Source of the DNA: Dudresnaya verticillata
Taxonomy: Eukaryota
Assembly (NCBI GenBank): GCA_977862235.1
Contig: OZ374562.1
Span: 1,054,001 to 1,118,000 of the forward strand
Length of the DNA: 64,000 nt
Reading direction: 5' to 3'
This document shows positions 24,598-36,900 of the stretch, in pieces. The notes under the pieces are model-generated. The model was not told where the DNA came from, ran no database searches, and saw only the letters and a list, made by a program, of their open reading frames with translations. The stretch's first letter is position 1. The number at the start of each line of letters is the position of its first letter. Made by a program: the position numbers and the translations under genes.

Positions 24598-27277
24598 ATG
24601 CGGAAATCTAACGGTGAAACCACCCGCCCAGGCTTAACAAGCCGGGGTGGTAGCCGTACCGGCAGCTTATCCTCCGTGAGGACCACAGGAGCAAGAACCC
24701 GTGCTGTAATAGTCGCTTTGGCTCGAGGTCCTACAGTAGAAGAAGTGGATCGCCCGCCCCGAATGGCGGGCGCACCAGGAGACGAAGACCCGTCTGCCCA
24801 TGGAAAGGGACAGATCCCTGAAGGAGAAAATACGGCCCGGACTGCAGCCGCAAGCACCGCCAACATCGGTTCGAATGAGGGTCCGGACCCTAGTATGCTG
24901 CCACCGCCGATGCTTCAAGCTGGTTACAGCCAGCATGACACAGGCGGACTGGCCTTAGAAGAAGAAACGACTTCATCGCTTCCTCCCGATATCGGAATGC
25001 CGATGAGAACGAAGGCAAACTCAACCGACCAACGGTGCTTCACTGAGCGTGAGATCGGTCACTTGGTTGAGACCGGCATCGAGAATGCTCTCGGAACTAG
25101 CTTATTGGTGCTGCTCGAAAGCCAGGCGGATGAAACCCTCACACGGGTGAAACGCTATTTCGACGACGCCACCGCTCGTCGAGACGACCAGCTACTGGCT
25201 AAGTGCCAAGAAATGGTCATTTCTCGTTGCCAACAACGCCCCCTGAGGGGTTTCGAAGAGGAAAGGGTCGAGACCCTACAAGCCCAAGTGGACTCATTGT
25301 GGGACCAATTGGAATCGGTTCACCTTCAATTAGATGAGGCCACGATGGCTGCCGACCTTTCCAGGACAGAAGCCGCAATGGCTATTGCGGATGTTCAATT
25401 TAACGTAGACAATGCACGGTGCGTTGAACAGGACAGAGCCATCGAGGTCCTAAGGAAAGAACTCGATGAGGAGAAGCGTCGTGTCGCTTTTCTGGAATTG
25501 CAGATGCGGGGCGTAATCAGCGAGAGGGATAATATCCCTGAAGTCATGAGACGACGCTCACCAGTGCCTCGCGGCACGCGCGACAGGCGTTGGAGGCTAC
25601 TCCCTAGGGGGTCGGACAGTGGGTCCCAAGGTGAAGGAGATGGAGGCCGTTGCCAACAGGGTTGCAGGTGCACCAGACCAATTGGGTCTTCTGTACACCG
25701 CGACCAAGTTGATTCTCATCTTGACAGATATTCAAGCTATCGTCACGAGGAGAATCCTCGGTCAAGGTCTCACCCTAATCCGGGTCCCTCGGATGAAGAA
25801 GGACCGGGTTCCCGTTCGCATTCTAGACCGTCATGGTCTTCCTGGGGGGGTCCCCGACGTTCCGGTGTGAAAGAGCTGACTCCTAGGAATCCTGCTTTCA
25901 TACAGGTGCTGTCCTATAGAAGTTATAGGTTATTGAACCTGGATGATTACCGCGGGCCCGAGGTGACCGAGGCGACCACGAAGAAAATCAAACGCGTCAA
26001 GTCCGTTATGCGGAGTCGCCGTTTTGACGGGAATGACCCGGTGTCAATTATTGGCTTCTTAGCCACACTGAAGAGGCAGCTCTATCAAGCCCATATCAGC
26101 GAAGGTGCCTCTGTCCTCGTCATCCCCGAGTTCCTCGAGAAGGACGCGAAGGATATATTTGAAGCGAATTTGGACGCTGCGGGTGACGACAATGGTGGTT
26201 TCACCGAATGGCCCGAAGCCGTGAATTACCTTCTCCGGACCTAGGCCTAGGATGTCTACATTGAGAGGATTGCCTCTGAGATGGACACGATGGCGCAGGA
26301 GCCAGATGAAGACGAGTTTACTTTCTCGAGAAGGTTGCAGAACAAAGCGCGTCGAGTCGCTGGGGTGTACACCGAACAAGACTTGATAACCAGGTTTATT
26401 CGGGGGTTGTTACCAGCGGTGAAGCCGCTTTTAAGTACGTCGTCCTTGGACCCAAGGACTGCCAGACTGGCGGATTACGTCGAGCTTGCGACTGAACAGG
26501 GAGATTCCCATCGGGCACTAGTGGGTGGCGGACGAACGCCAAAAGCGAATAGGACGCTACCAAGGAATACCTTAAAGAAGGTTCGTATCCACAAGTCAGG
26601 GCGGGCGCTCCTAGTTCGCCAGGCGAAGGATGCATCCGCCTCCGATTCGGATACTTCAAAGAGCAGCGGCTCTGATGCGGAAAGCGAAGAAGCAGTCGTG
26701 GCCGCCATCTCTAACGAAGCGCCACCATCAACAGCGACCCAATCGGATTCGTGGTCGACAAAGTATTACTACGACCAACCGTATCACGGTGAAGTTGACG
26801 CGGTAGTGCAGAACTACAATAATAGGCTCCCAGCCTGGACACAGCCAACCAGGACTCAACGCCCTGGTTGGGTGACGGTTGAAGACCAACCCAATGATAC
26901 CTGCTTCGAATGCTACGGCATTGGCCATAACAAGCCCAACTGTCCACATTTGGCTCGAACCGATGTGCAGTCTTTTGAGACTTTAAAAAGAAGACAGTTT
27001 CATCAACTATCACACGAGCAAAAAGTGTGGTTGGCGACCGTTGGTCGACTGCCGGAGTTCTCTAACGAGCGAGTGGCCGCCCATAGGGCAACGGATGGAG
27101 CCCCGTCAAAATTTGGGTGCAAGTCAAGGAGGAAATCGACAGGTTCAATTTCAACCTCGACTGAACCACCCCATCGACGCTCCGAGGCAAACGCCCAGGT
27201 CACCACGCCAAGGGCCTTGTCCCTTCCCACCACCTCCGCCGCTACCGCGGTCGCCCGCAACGAAGGCAAAAAACTAG
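24598..27277 (+). pseudogene. gag: Element C gag (two in-frame TAG at ~26242-26250, frameshift near 27070)
   Basis: Coiled-coil N-terminus, SYRSYRL, FDGNDPVSII, WPEAVNYLLRT, CFECYGIGHNKPNC knuckle. Ends A AAA AAC TAG. Confidence 0.9.
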
Positions 27278-30200
27278 CGAGGGGGGAACCTGTTTCGGTA
27301 CACCACATATCCCAGGTGACATCGGAACCCCCCGATCGGTACGTTGAATCCAGCTCCTCGAGCTACAGCTTCGAAAGCTTCTCATCAACGAATCGACCGG
27401 TTGTCAGTGAATCTGTCACTTCTCTTCCCAAGAAGATCTTAGCTCGTCCCGTGGGCTTACCCCCTGGACGGAAATATCATGAGTATTGTAAGGATCCGGT
27501 TTGCTCCTTGTCGCGCCACAAATATAAAGTAGCTGCGTCCATCGGGACTTCTGTTGACGACCTTACTCGTGTGATCTACGTATTGGATACAGGGGCAGGC
27601 CCTAATCTCATCCGCGCGGATGTTCTATCACCGAAAGACAAGAAACGGATTTCTACAACGCGGTTAATTGTGAACTTGACCTCCGCGTCAAGTCACCGAC
27701 TAACTACACTGGGAACAGTCTCCGTGATAATCAGGCTCGGGTCCTACACGGTTCGGCAACCTTTCGTTGTCGTAAGGGCATTGGCAGTAGATGCCATATT
27801 GGGTTGCACATTTATCGATACCCATGTGGAAGGGTTACGCGTCCGCCAACAGAACATGGTTCTTCGCGACGGGTCCATTCACCCAATTATACGCCGCCGA
27901 TGCGGTATACCTCGTGAGGGCAGGTCTGACGAACCAATGGACGTTCCCCCGTTACCTACCTCGCGACTCATTCGCGTCGCACAAACTACTAATTTACTGC
28001 CCGGCAGTGAATCATGGGTTCCTGTCACCTGTTCCGCCAAAGGAACACATTTCCTGGAATCCCTACCCCGCTTATACGAGCGCCGACAAGTCGTGTTGAC
28101 GAATGGAATCGTCAACATTCAAGAGAACCGGCTCTTTCACGTCAAGGTCGCGAACTTTTCTTCGCGTCCTCAACGGCTTTCCAAGAATCAAAGCCTTGGC
28201 AAGGCTGTACCGGCACCCACGCAAACGCCGGTCTACACTGTCCCCATCGAGGATAATGTTCCTAACAGTGACTCGCTTCCCTCGTCCGAAACATTCTCCT
28301 ATGTAGGGGGCGGGGCTTGCTGCTGCTCTGAAGACGGGTATACACTCTAAGCCTGGAATCAAAATCGCGACATCAGTGACAACCGCTATTACGGTCGATG
28401 ACCTCGCGCTGGAACACCTGTCCACTTCGGATCGGCGTCGCGTGCGCAAAATGCTTAAACCGTTCGCCGGTATGTGGGACGGACAACTCGGCACCATTAA
28501 GGTGACCGAACACCGCATTGAGCTTCAAGAAGGTTCGAAACCTGTGGTTGCCCAACCTTATCGGTCGGGTCCTAAAGCCCGTCAAGCAGAACAGGATGAG
28601 GTCGACAAAATGCTCAAAGAAGGCGTCATAGAGCCTGCACGCTCTGAGTTTGCCAGCCCCGTCGTTTTGGTTAAGAAGCCCGACGGGTCACTCCGCTTTT
28701 GCGTTGACTATCGCAAGCTGAACGCGATTACAGTGAAGGATACGTATCATCTGCCGCGCATGGACGAGTGTTTGGACTCCCTGGGCGAAGCCCAATATTT
28801 CACAACCTTAGATTGCAACTCAGGCTACTGGCAGATTCCGGTTTCCCCGGAGGATAAGCATAAGACTGCTTTTACTTGCCATGCGGGCTGCTTCAAATTT
28901 TGGAGGATGCCCTTTGGGCTATGCAACGCCCCGGCGACCTTTCAGCGAACGGTTGACATCCTCTTATCAGGATTTCGCTGGAAATCGTGCCTCGTATACC
29001 TCGACGATATTATCGTATTCTACGCGACTGTCGACGAGCATGTCACGCAAGTAAGAGAGATTCTCTCTGTATTACAAGAAGCAGGCGTCTCCTTGAAACT
29101 TAAGAAGTGTAACTTCTTCACAAAGAGTGTCGACTACTTAGGGCACGTCACCGTCCGGGTTTATTGGAAGTGACGACTAAGAATACGCAAGCCATCGAAG
29201 GCTTCAAGGAACCGACCACCAAGACCGAGCTAAGGTCTTTCATCGGTCTATGCAACGTCTACAGGCGATTCGGACCTAACTTCGCTCGCGTGGCGGCTCC
29301 GCTCAATGCCCTCCTACAGAAGGAAGTGGGCTTTGAACTACCGCAGTTCAATGAACGACAACGCGAGGCGTTCGGATTGTTGAAGACAGCGCTAATAGCG
29401 CCTCCTATTCTTAGGTTGCCACAAGAGGGTAAGGCCCTATCGGTGGATACCGACGCGTGCGACTACCAAATTGGTTGCGCGCTGATGCAAGCCGAAGAAG
29501 ACGGGACTCGACACTCGATAGGCTTCTGGAGCCGAAGGCTGACGAAGGCAGAGAATAATTACTCTGTAGGCGAAAAGGAGTGCCTAGCAGTGGTCTGGGC
29601 GGCACAATTGCTCAGAGCCTATCTAGAAAGGTCCCACTTTGACCTGTATACAGACCATCAAGCGCTGAAATGGATGATGAGCATGATAGATGCTTCTGGG
29701 CAGTTGGCCCGTTGGAGATTTCGCCTCGTGGAATACGACTTCACGGCCCAGTATCAAAAAGGCAAAAAGAATCAGATTGCTGATGCCGTATCTCGGTTGC
29801 CCACGTATGGCTTCACGCCATGGGAACCGGACCTGGAGATCCCGTGTTTAGTCCTCGAGACTGATCCGAGGGACGAACCCTGCGAAAGGTCGCGACCGGA
29901 GCCCAACACGCGACCATTGGAAGCGTGGGAAATCGAACCCGTCGATGAGTCCGATTCGGATGACATGTTCATCGCCCAAGTGGCCGAGAAGGAATCTGGA
30001 CAAAAGGGACTATCCCTCATCACCGCAGAAGAGTTGCTCCGTGAGCAGAAAACAGATGAATTCTGTATCTGGGTCCGAAGGAAACTCGAGACCGGGAAGT
30101 CTGGTTGTTATCTCGAGGACGAACGAGGACTCCTAGTCCGGAATTCGTATATCGACAAGGCGATACAGGTTCTCATACCTCGTTCTCTTAAGGAAAGGGC

Positions 30201-31797
30201 GTTACACCTAGCCCACTACCCCGAAATGGCGGGACACCCTGGTGGCACCCGGATGTACCATAACCTGCGAAGACAGGTATATTGGCCAGAGATGGCATTG
30301 GATGTGTACGCCACAGTGGGTAATTGTCTCAAGTGCGCGCAAGAGCGGGTGAAGTTGCGGAAACATGCTTCGCATATGAAACTCTTCCCGGCAACCATGC
30401 CGTTAGAGTTCGTAGGAATCGATATCCTGGGCCCGTTACCCCGCTCCGGGAAAGGAAACGAGTTTCTGTTGGTTATGACGGACCGCTTCTCAAAGCTGAC
30501 GCGAGCAATACCGATGAAAACGGTAACCGCCTATACAGTGGCGAAGGCGTTTTGCGACTATTGGATCTTTATCTATGGATCGCCCCGTTACGTCATTTCA
30601 GACAATGGGTCTCAATTTGCCTCTAAGTTCTTTCTCGCCGTGTGCGATATCCTACGGATTCGGAATATGTTCACGTCGACATACCATCCCCAAACCAATG
30701 GGCAAACCGAGAGGTTCAACCGCACCATCCTAGCGAGCCTTCGGTACTTCATAGCGGAAGACCAGAGGGACTGGGACGAGTTCACCTCAGCGCTCACGTA
30801 CGCTTACAATACTACACTGCATCGCGCTACAGAATTAGCCCCTTTTGACTTGGTTTTGTCAAATCCGCCGACTTCCCTACTATTGAAACAAGCGGAAACG
30901 GTAGACATTGACGGGATACCCGCTACGAACGTCAAGAAGCGCCTAACCGCTCGGCTGGAAAAGCTCATGGATACGGCTCTGCCGAGGATGCAACTAGCGC
31001 AAAAGGGCTATGAAACCAACCTTAATAACCGTATTCGACCGGTTAACCAAAGGGTACGTCCTGGGTCATGGGTATTCCTCGAACGGGAAACCAAAGCGAA
31101 GGACGCTTCAGGTGTGGTGAGGGAAGGGAAACTGTTCCCGAAAGCCCTTGGGCCATATAAGGTTCTCGAGAGAGGAACCCATGCGGTGGTTCTCGCCATC
31201 AAGGCCGACAGAGAAACAATCTCTTTGGACCGAGTCACTTTGGCTCCATCGCCTCACGAAGCGTCGCTGGCACTAGACATGAGTCCCACGGTAGTGGAAA
31301 TGCCACCGGAGAAAGGTGCAGCACCTTCAAGTAGCCCAACTGGGCCAACCGACGGGCCCAACACAAACGACACTGGGCCCCCGATGAACACCGCATCAGG
31401 CGGTAATGAACCGGCACATCCCGAAGCACCTGGTGCTGAAGGCGAGCCACTGGCTGCCACCCGTCGGGACGTGCAGCCTAGCGGTGCCCCTACAGCGCGG
31501 GTTGTCCCACAACGACAGGAAGATTCTCCTAGGGACGATGAAGTGGACACGCCATCGGTTACGCCGACAGTGGCCGAAGGGACGTCAAGCCGCAAATTCT
31601 CGCGCTTCAAGAAGGCACCACCCCGCGAACAGGTGTATGAAAGGATCGTTTCCTATGACTCCGACACACACCTCTATCGTGTGCGGTGGTTCCAGAGCCC
31701 GGCGTCAAAGGACACATGGGAGCCCAAGGGGCATCTCCCTCACAATTTGGTGGCGAGGTACCATCGCCAAAAAGGGATACCTTTCCCTGAAACTTAG
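27268..31797 (+). pseudogene. pol: Element C pol: PR-RT-RH-IN-chromodomain (frameshifts ~28320 and ~29160)
   Basis: VLDTGAGPNLI, YLDDII, VDTDACD, HPGGTRM...CLKC, IDILGP, ISDNGSQF, NGQTERFN, GPY, YRVRWFQSPASKDTWEP. Confidence 0.95.
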
Positions 31798-32088
31798 CGT
31801 AGTGAATAACAGCGTTGAGTAAGGCACCAGACGTACAAGTGGTCTCAATCAAACCCGCACATCCAAGCAGTAGTTATGCTGTACGAAGTCATATCTACCG
31901 ACTCTGAGATATAATCGTTATGAGTTGAGAGAGAACAGTGGTTCTGTTTCGAAAGGGGCATCCTCGCGCCTATATGAGTTCAGCCTATGGGCTATGTGCG
32001 GGATGCGCCCATGACCGGGCGCACAGAAGTAGTGGTTAGCCTCTCAAAAAATGAGACAATATAGATGGCTACAGAATACTCAAGACTC

Positions 32089-32224
32089 TGGATAGATGAA
32101 TGGAAATGGATAGATGAAAGAAGAGTCAAGACTCTGGATAGATGCATGGAAATGGATAGATGTATAACATGGATAGATGCTAGAAGGATTGGATCCTGGA
32201 TAGATGCATGGACATGGCTAGATG
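32089..32224. repeat. Cluster of seven TGGATAGATG motifs (one with a mismatch) in C, between pol and the antisense ORFs
   Basis: Copies at ~32089, 32107, 32134, 32152, 32170, 32197 and 32215. Confidence 0.9.
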
Positions 32225-33239
32225 TAATCAAGAGGTGAACTCTATAAGAAGGTATTGATAAGGCGAGCGCACGCCCTGGACTTAGGAGTCGATCCTTTAT
32301 CTGAGGAGAAAATAACGCTGCGTAACGCTAATACCTTGAAAGGTAAAGTTGCCAAAACCTGGCTACCTCAAGGAAACACTCCTGAAAGGCACAAGCTAGG
32401 GAGGCCGCTTCCCCCTCTCGTGGGTGGTTCCCAGCCCCGATGACTAACGTGCAATTTATCATGAAAATAACTACCAGCAAGATGGCGCTTAAGGGCAGCT
32501 GGGCTGCCAAAAGCGATGCCGACGCTGCAAACTGGACGGGGCATTGAGCCCGAAGGTTTGCTAACTACCTCCCACCAAAAGGGCGCTAGCGTCGAACCCC
32601 GTGAGGGCGCAAAGCCAAAAAGACGCCAAAACTAGACTCATGAGTCTTGATACCACGACTCCCACCCCGGTTGGGACAACCATGGGAAAGCGTACCCCAT
32701 TTGATATGGGAGGAGTAAGCGCGAAGCGTATTGACGCTGAGACTTCTGGAGGCCGTGCGGGCTTGAAGCCGATGCCGCTGACATCTACCCCGTGGTAGTG
32801 GCGATGGGTAAAGCCGTGGCACTGGCACCCAAATTGTGCTTGTAACCAGAGACCAGAGCCCACGGAGGGGCTACAGCAAGGCGGCGGGACGGCATGGCCA
32901 ATTGACAGCCCTAATGGCTTTCGCGCCAAAATACGCTACAGTGCGTCGCTTTGTACTGTAGAGCAACTGCTGACTTTCTGTCACGCTCTCAAGCCGCGAC
33001 AGATGCTGTGGAGGCGTATTGGGCAACCAATAATAGATTGCCCCTCGATGCCTGAACAGGCAATGGCACCACTGTCCCACTAGGGAGGAAAGTGGCATCG
33101 GACGTGAAGGCTAGAAGCCTACAAGAGGCGTTGGGTTAAGCATACAAGACGAGGTTTATTGTTAAGCGGTTAATCCGCTGGGATAGGCTTCTAACCCATA
33201 TTAGGCTCGACGCCCCAAGCCATTAAGAACTTGGCTCAG

Positions 33240-33950
33240 CTAATCTGAGAGAAGGTCAATGACTTCGTCGCCGTCAAGCGGCGGATTCGGAGCCGCGGGA
33301 GCTCGTGCCGTCACGATGCGACGAACCTCGCGTACAATTCGCCGACCTTGACCACGACGCGGACCGCGGCCTCGGCGCATGCCCTCCATTGCGGCACCAC
33401 GAGCCTCTGGGTGGAAGCTCAACGTCCATCGGCGTTGTTTCAGGTGTAGCACCTCCGCCCTCGTTGACCTCCAACTCCTCCTCCTCTTTGAGGATCAGCT
33501 CCATCTTGATGAGCACTTCGTCAGTAGGCTTCGACGCCTCATGTAGCGGCTCCGTGGTAACCTCCTTGGCTCCGGCGGAAGGCAGCTCAGCCTGAGCCGG
33601 CATAGGCGACGGCGTCACTATAGGGCCTGGCCCGGACGTCACCTCCACTGCCTCGCCGGTGGCAGACAGATTCGGCTGTAAAGGCCCGAGTCGCGCCTCG
33701 CTAGGCGTAGGCACGTTGCCTGGAAGCACTAAGCGTAGAGGGACGCAAACTCGAGAAGCCGATGGCTGAGCCGGACCGCCGGTCTTGGACGATATAGTTG
33801 CCGCAGCCACCGGCCCGGCAGTGACACCCTCACTAGAGGCCCCAGCCGACGGCTCTTCACGCGGAATCTTAGACGCGTCAGCCGCATTGGCTTCACGAGC
33901 GTCAGGCGCCAGAATGGCTCCAGATGAGCCTTGGGCTGAAGAAACGGCTT
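33240..33950 (-). pseudogene. Low-complexity Ala/Pro/Glu-rich antisense ORF or tail of the C accessory protein, frameshifted
   Basis: ORFs 33274-33810 and 33240-33452 join into ...LKEEEELEV...MRRGRGPRRGQGRR...DEVIDLLSD-stop. Confidence 0.5.
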
Positions 33951-35575
33951 ACCATATCCGACTCCGCGACGCACCTTAGAGCCAGGCTCTCTCGTAGACT
34001 GGATACCAGTCTCGTACTTAACCTGGACCCTCGGCTCCGCCTTAGCCCCGGTCCCCCCAAGCGGGGCATCTTATCCATATGAGCCAGGAGGCGCTCAATG
34101 TTGCCCGGGGTTCCAATCCAGTGAGCCTCATATTCGGCTAATACATCCTCAACCCAGTCAGCAAGACTACGAAGTTTGAGGGAAAAGATGCCCCAATGGG
34201 CAGCCAAGCGGATGGCCAACCCACGAAGGCCAAATAGATCACGGATCTCGGCATCAGCCCGGTAGTGGTGTCTCAGCACTGGAGCGTACGGGCCTTGCGG
34301 CTCCCCATCGACAGTGTCGTCGAATGGGGGCACCTCATCAGGGTGCTTAGGCCCTTCATCGCGCCAACGCACGCTCACCCAACCTTTGGTGTACCCAGTG
34401 CGACGTTCGCCTTCATCCAATTGGATCGTTTCCCCCTCGGAGGGTAGAGGCGCCATTAAGTAATCGGGAAGGACTGGGTGCCACTTGACGGCATCAAACT
34501 GGACCCAGTCGCCGCGATCGAATCCAGGTGTAATGTGGCCGGTATTCTCAGGCAAGTGCCTGTTGCGCTTTGAGACGCCACTCCAACGGATCCGTTCCAA
34601 AAACACCAGGAGTTGGTCCAAAGCGTCGGCATCAGCCGAAGTCGCGGTAAAGGCCGCGGAGCCTATGGAGCGGATGGACGCACGAAGTGGGGCATTGATG
34701 AAATACAACAAGCCCCGACGGGCTTCGTATACGAATACTTGAGTCACTAAGACTATCCACTCGTGGCGGAAAATGGACCACAAGACGCTATCGTCTATAT
34801 TGGTGTCCATCATCTCCAAGCCAAGATAGGCTATGATCGTCGGAGTGCCCACGGGCATGGAGTAAGATACCTCGAGCTCCGCATGGTCTCCTGTAACTTG
34901 AGGGTACTTCACCCTGTACAACTCGGGACGGATAGAGGTAACCTCTTGGCAATGTGCCGGGACGTAGCACCCAGTGCGATGTCGATTACGACGCTCGAAC
35001 CGCACCACGTCTGACGGCATGGCCGTTTGGGGATTATCCATCGCGAATTTGAAGTTGGATTTCTCGTCCCAGCAGACCACGCGCGCCATGGTGTAAGGGT
35101 AATTGTCCCTACCACTGCAAATCAGTGGGCGCTCGTGCGCAACAATCCCGAGATCGTACTGCACAGCGTCGTGCACGCTCTGCATCTGCTCCAGCTCGAA
35201 GTTGAGCTTGTCGCACAATGTGGCGGTGTATCGCACTTCATGGCGAAAGCGCGGGTGCGCTAAGTCCCATTGCCACGGACCCGCGAGGGCGGGCAGGCGA
35301 CGGGTGAGACCCGTCAGCAGGGATAGACGCGCCCGGGCGTGAGTATTCCAAGTACGACGTTGGGCTTGGCGCGCTCCGCAACGGCGGATGTCTGTGCGAT
35401 CAGCGCCAGCACGCGTTTTGAGATGCGCGAGGTCGGTGCGCACTCTCCAGTCGCGGCTCTCCTTGACAGTGAGGGGCACTCCCATCTCATCGACCTCGAG
35501 TCCTAGCACGCCGTTGCTAGAACGAGCGGCTCCATAAGCCATATGGCTGTTGTTCATCCCGCTCCGATAGGGCAC
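33902..35575 (-). CDS. Antisense accessory ORF of element C (557 aa), unknown function
   Basis: ATG-started long ORF with globular-looking composition between pol and the 3' LTR. Motif PTIIAYLGL...HEWIVL...INAPLRASIR weakly matches the D and F ORFs. Confidence 0.75.
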   Translation of the reverse strand: MPYRSGMNNSHMAYGAARSSNGVLGLEVDEMGVPLTVKESRDWRVRTDLAHLKTRAGADRTDIRRCGARQAQRRTWNTHARARLSLLTGLTRRLPALAGPWQWDLAHPRFRHEVRYTATLCDKLNFELEQMQSVHDAVQYDLGIVAHERPLICSGRDNYPYTMARVVCWDEKSNFKFAMDNPQTAMPSDVVRFERRNRHRTGCYVPAHCQEVTSIRPELYRVKYPQVTGDHAELEVSYSMPVGTPTIIAYLGLEMMDTNIDDSVLWSIFRHEWIVLVTQVFVYEARRGLLYFINAPLRASIRSIGSAAFTATSADADALDQLLVFLERIRWSGVSKRNRHLPENTGHITPGFDRGDWVQFDAVKWHPVLPDYLMAPLPSEGETIQLDEGERRTGYTKGWVSVRWRDEGPKHPDEVPPFDDTVDGEPQGPYAPVLRHHYRADAEIRDLFGLRGLAIRLAAHWGIFSLKLRSLADWVEDVLAEYEAHWIGTPGNIERLLAHMDKMPRLGGPGLRRSRGSRLSTRLVSSLRESLALRCVAESDMVSRFFSPRLIWSHSGA

Positions 35576-36900
35576 ACAAGTCTCCCGACAGAGTCACAAT
35601 GACTACTTCTCCTCGAAGATCTTGAACGGCGAGGCCGTAGGGTAGTGGATGTCAGGCGAAGGCGCCGTTGATCACGACCGAAGGATGGCACTCGACCACG
35701 CGCACAGCCACCGCGGCTTGTCGAGACGAAAACGGCACCGCGTGGCGGTAGGTTGCAGTTGGAAGGAAAGCGCAGGACGCGGAGATGGTTGGAAATGGTG
35801 GTGAACACGGTGGGTGTGCACACGAAACTGTAGCGGAAGCCGCTGCGATGCTGCTGAAGTATGCAGCCGCTTGGGGCTTTCCGCGCGAAAGCGCACAAAG
35901 TTCGTCGCAATTATGAGACGGGCGCCGTCGAGATTGGGACCGTGAAGCAAGTGATTTGTAACTATTGGGAACCGTTCCACAACGGCCGCCTGTGGCGGCG
36001 GTTATGTAGTGCACTGGCACTCGCCCCATTCGCCTGATCCAAGTCCGGATCCTTTGCCTTACAGGTGCGCTTTACAGGCGCATCGTCGCCGACTGACTGA
36101 CAGCACAGTCTACAGTAAGCACGAGCAAACCCATTCAGCTCTCCACTCTAGATCTAGATCGAGCTCTAGCGCTTACAGCCTACATTAGTGTAAGTGCGTC
36201 TGCCGGCGCCGCCGCGCCGGCGGCGGTAGTACTTAGCCACCTAGGGCTGCACATCTGGTAAACGGAGGGGCATGGACCCGCGGGCCTAACACTTCGGTGC
36301 CAAGCTTGGAGTCGCGCGGAATCCGAGTAGCCTCACGCCTAGGACATCGATGCCGACCGAGTCCACGTGAGCCTATCTGCTCGTGGACCTCCGTGAACGC
36401 AGATCGACACCCGTTTACCAGTTCTACCGCGAGCTAGGTACGCTACCGCTAACCTATCTCTACTGTCTACCTTTTCCCCTTTTCATTTACCTTTTCCCTT
36501 TCCCTTTGGGTCCTGCACCCTATCCTTTGCAGGGCGGTCTCCCGCACCGCGCCCGGACTGCGCGGGTGGCCTTACGATCAGGCCTTGCTTGTCCCTCCAT
36601 CGGGACCTGCTTCGGTGGATTGTGAGTGCTCCACAGGTTACAAGTGAGCCGTTGGCCCAATACCCCACTGGGATTTCAAGCTCACCCAAGACGGGGCCAA
36701 TAGAAACAGCCTTGCTGGCTTCGCGGGTCTCTCAGCCTTAACGAGGGGGCCGTGTGGAAGAATGAGCCGCAGCAGAAGTGGTGGCGCACTGTAAGTCATT
36801 TGTGCGCATTAAGGTGTAAGACGCCCACGCGCATCAAGCTGTAAGGCGCGCACAAGCACCGTGCGCTGTAAGGGCGATGCGCCTCGCTGGCGTCCCTGCT

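Noticed and set aside
26281..28350. 689-aa ORF as a natural gag-protease fusion
   Set aside because: The true gag end (PATKAKN-stop with A AAA AAC) is in another frame; the fusion comes from an upstream indel.
32089..32224. Repeat-spacer pattern as a CRISPR array
   Set aside because: Repeats are 10 bp, spacers are short, irregular and partly duplicated; no cas genes; eukaryotic retroelement context.
33902..35575. Extra ORFs as env genes
   Set aside because: Antisense orientation and no clear signal peptide or transmembrane anchor.
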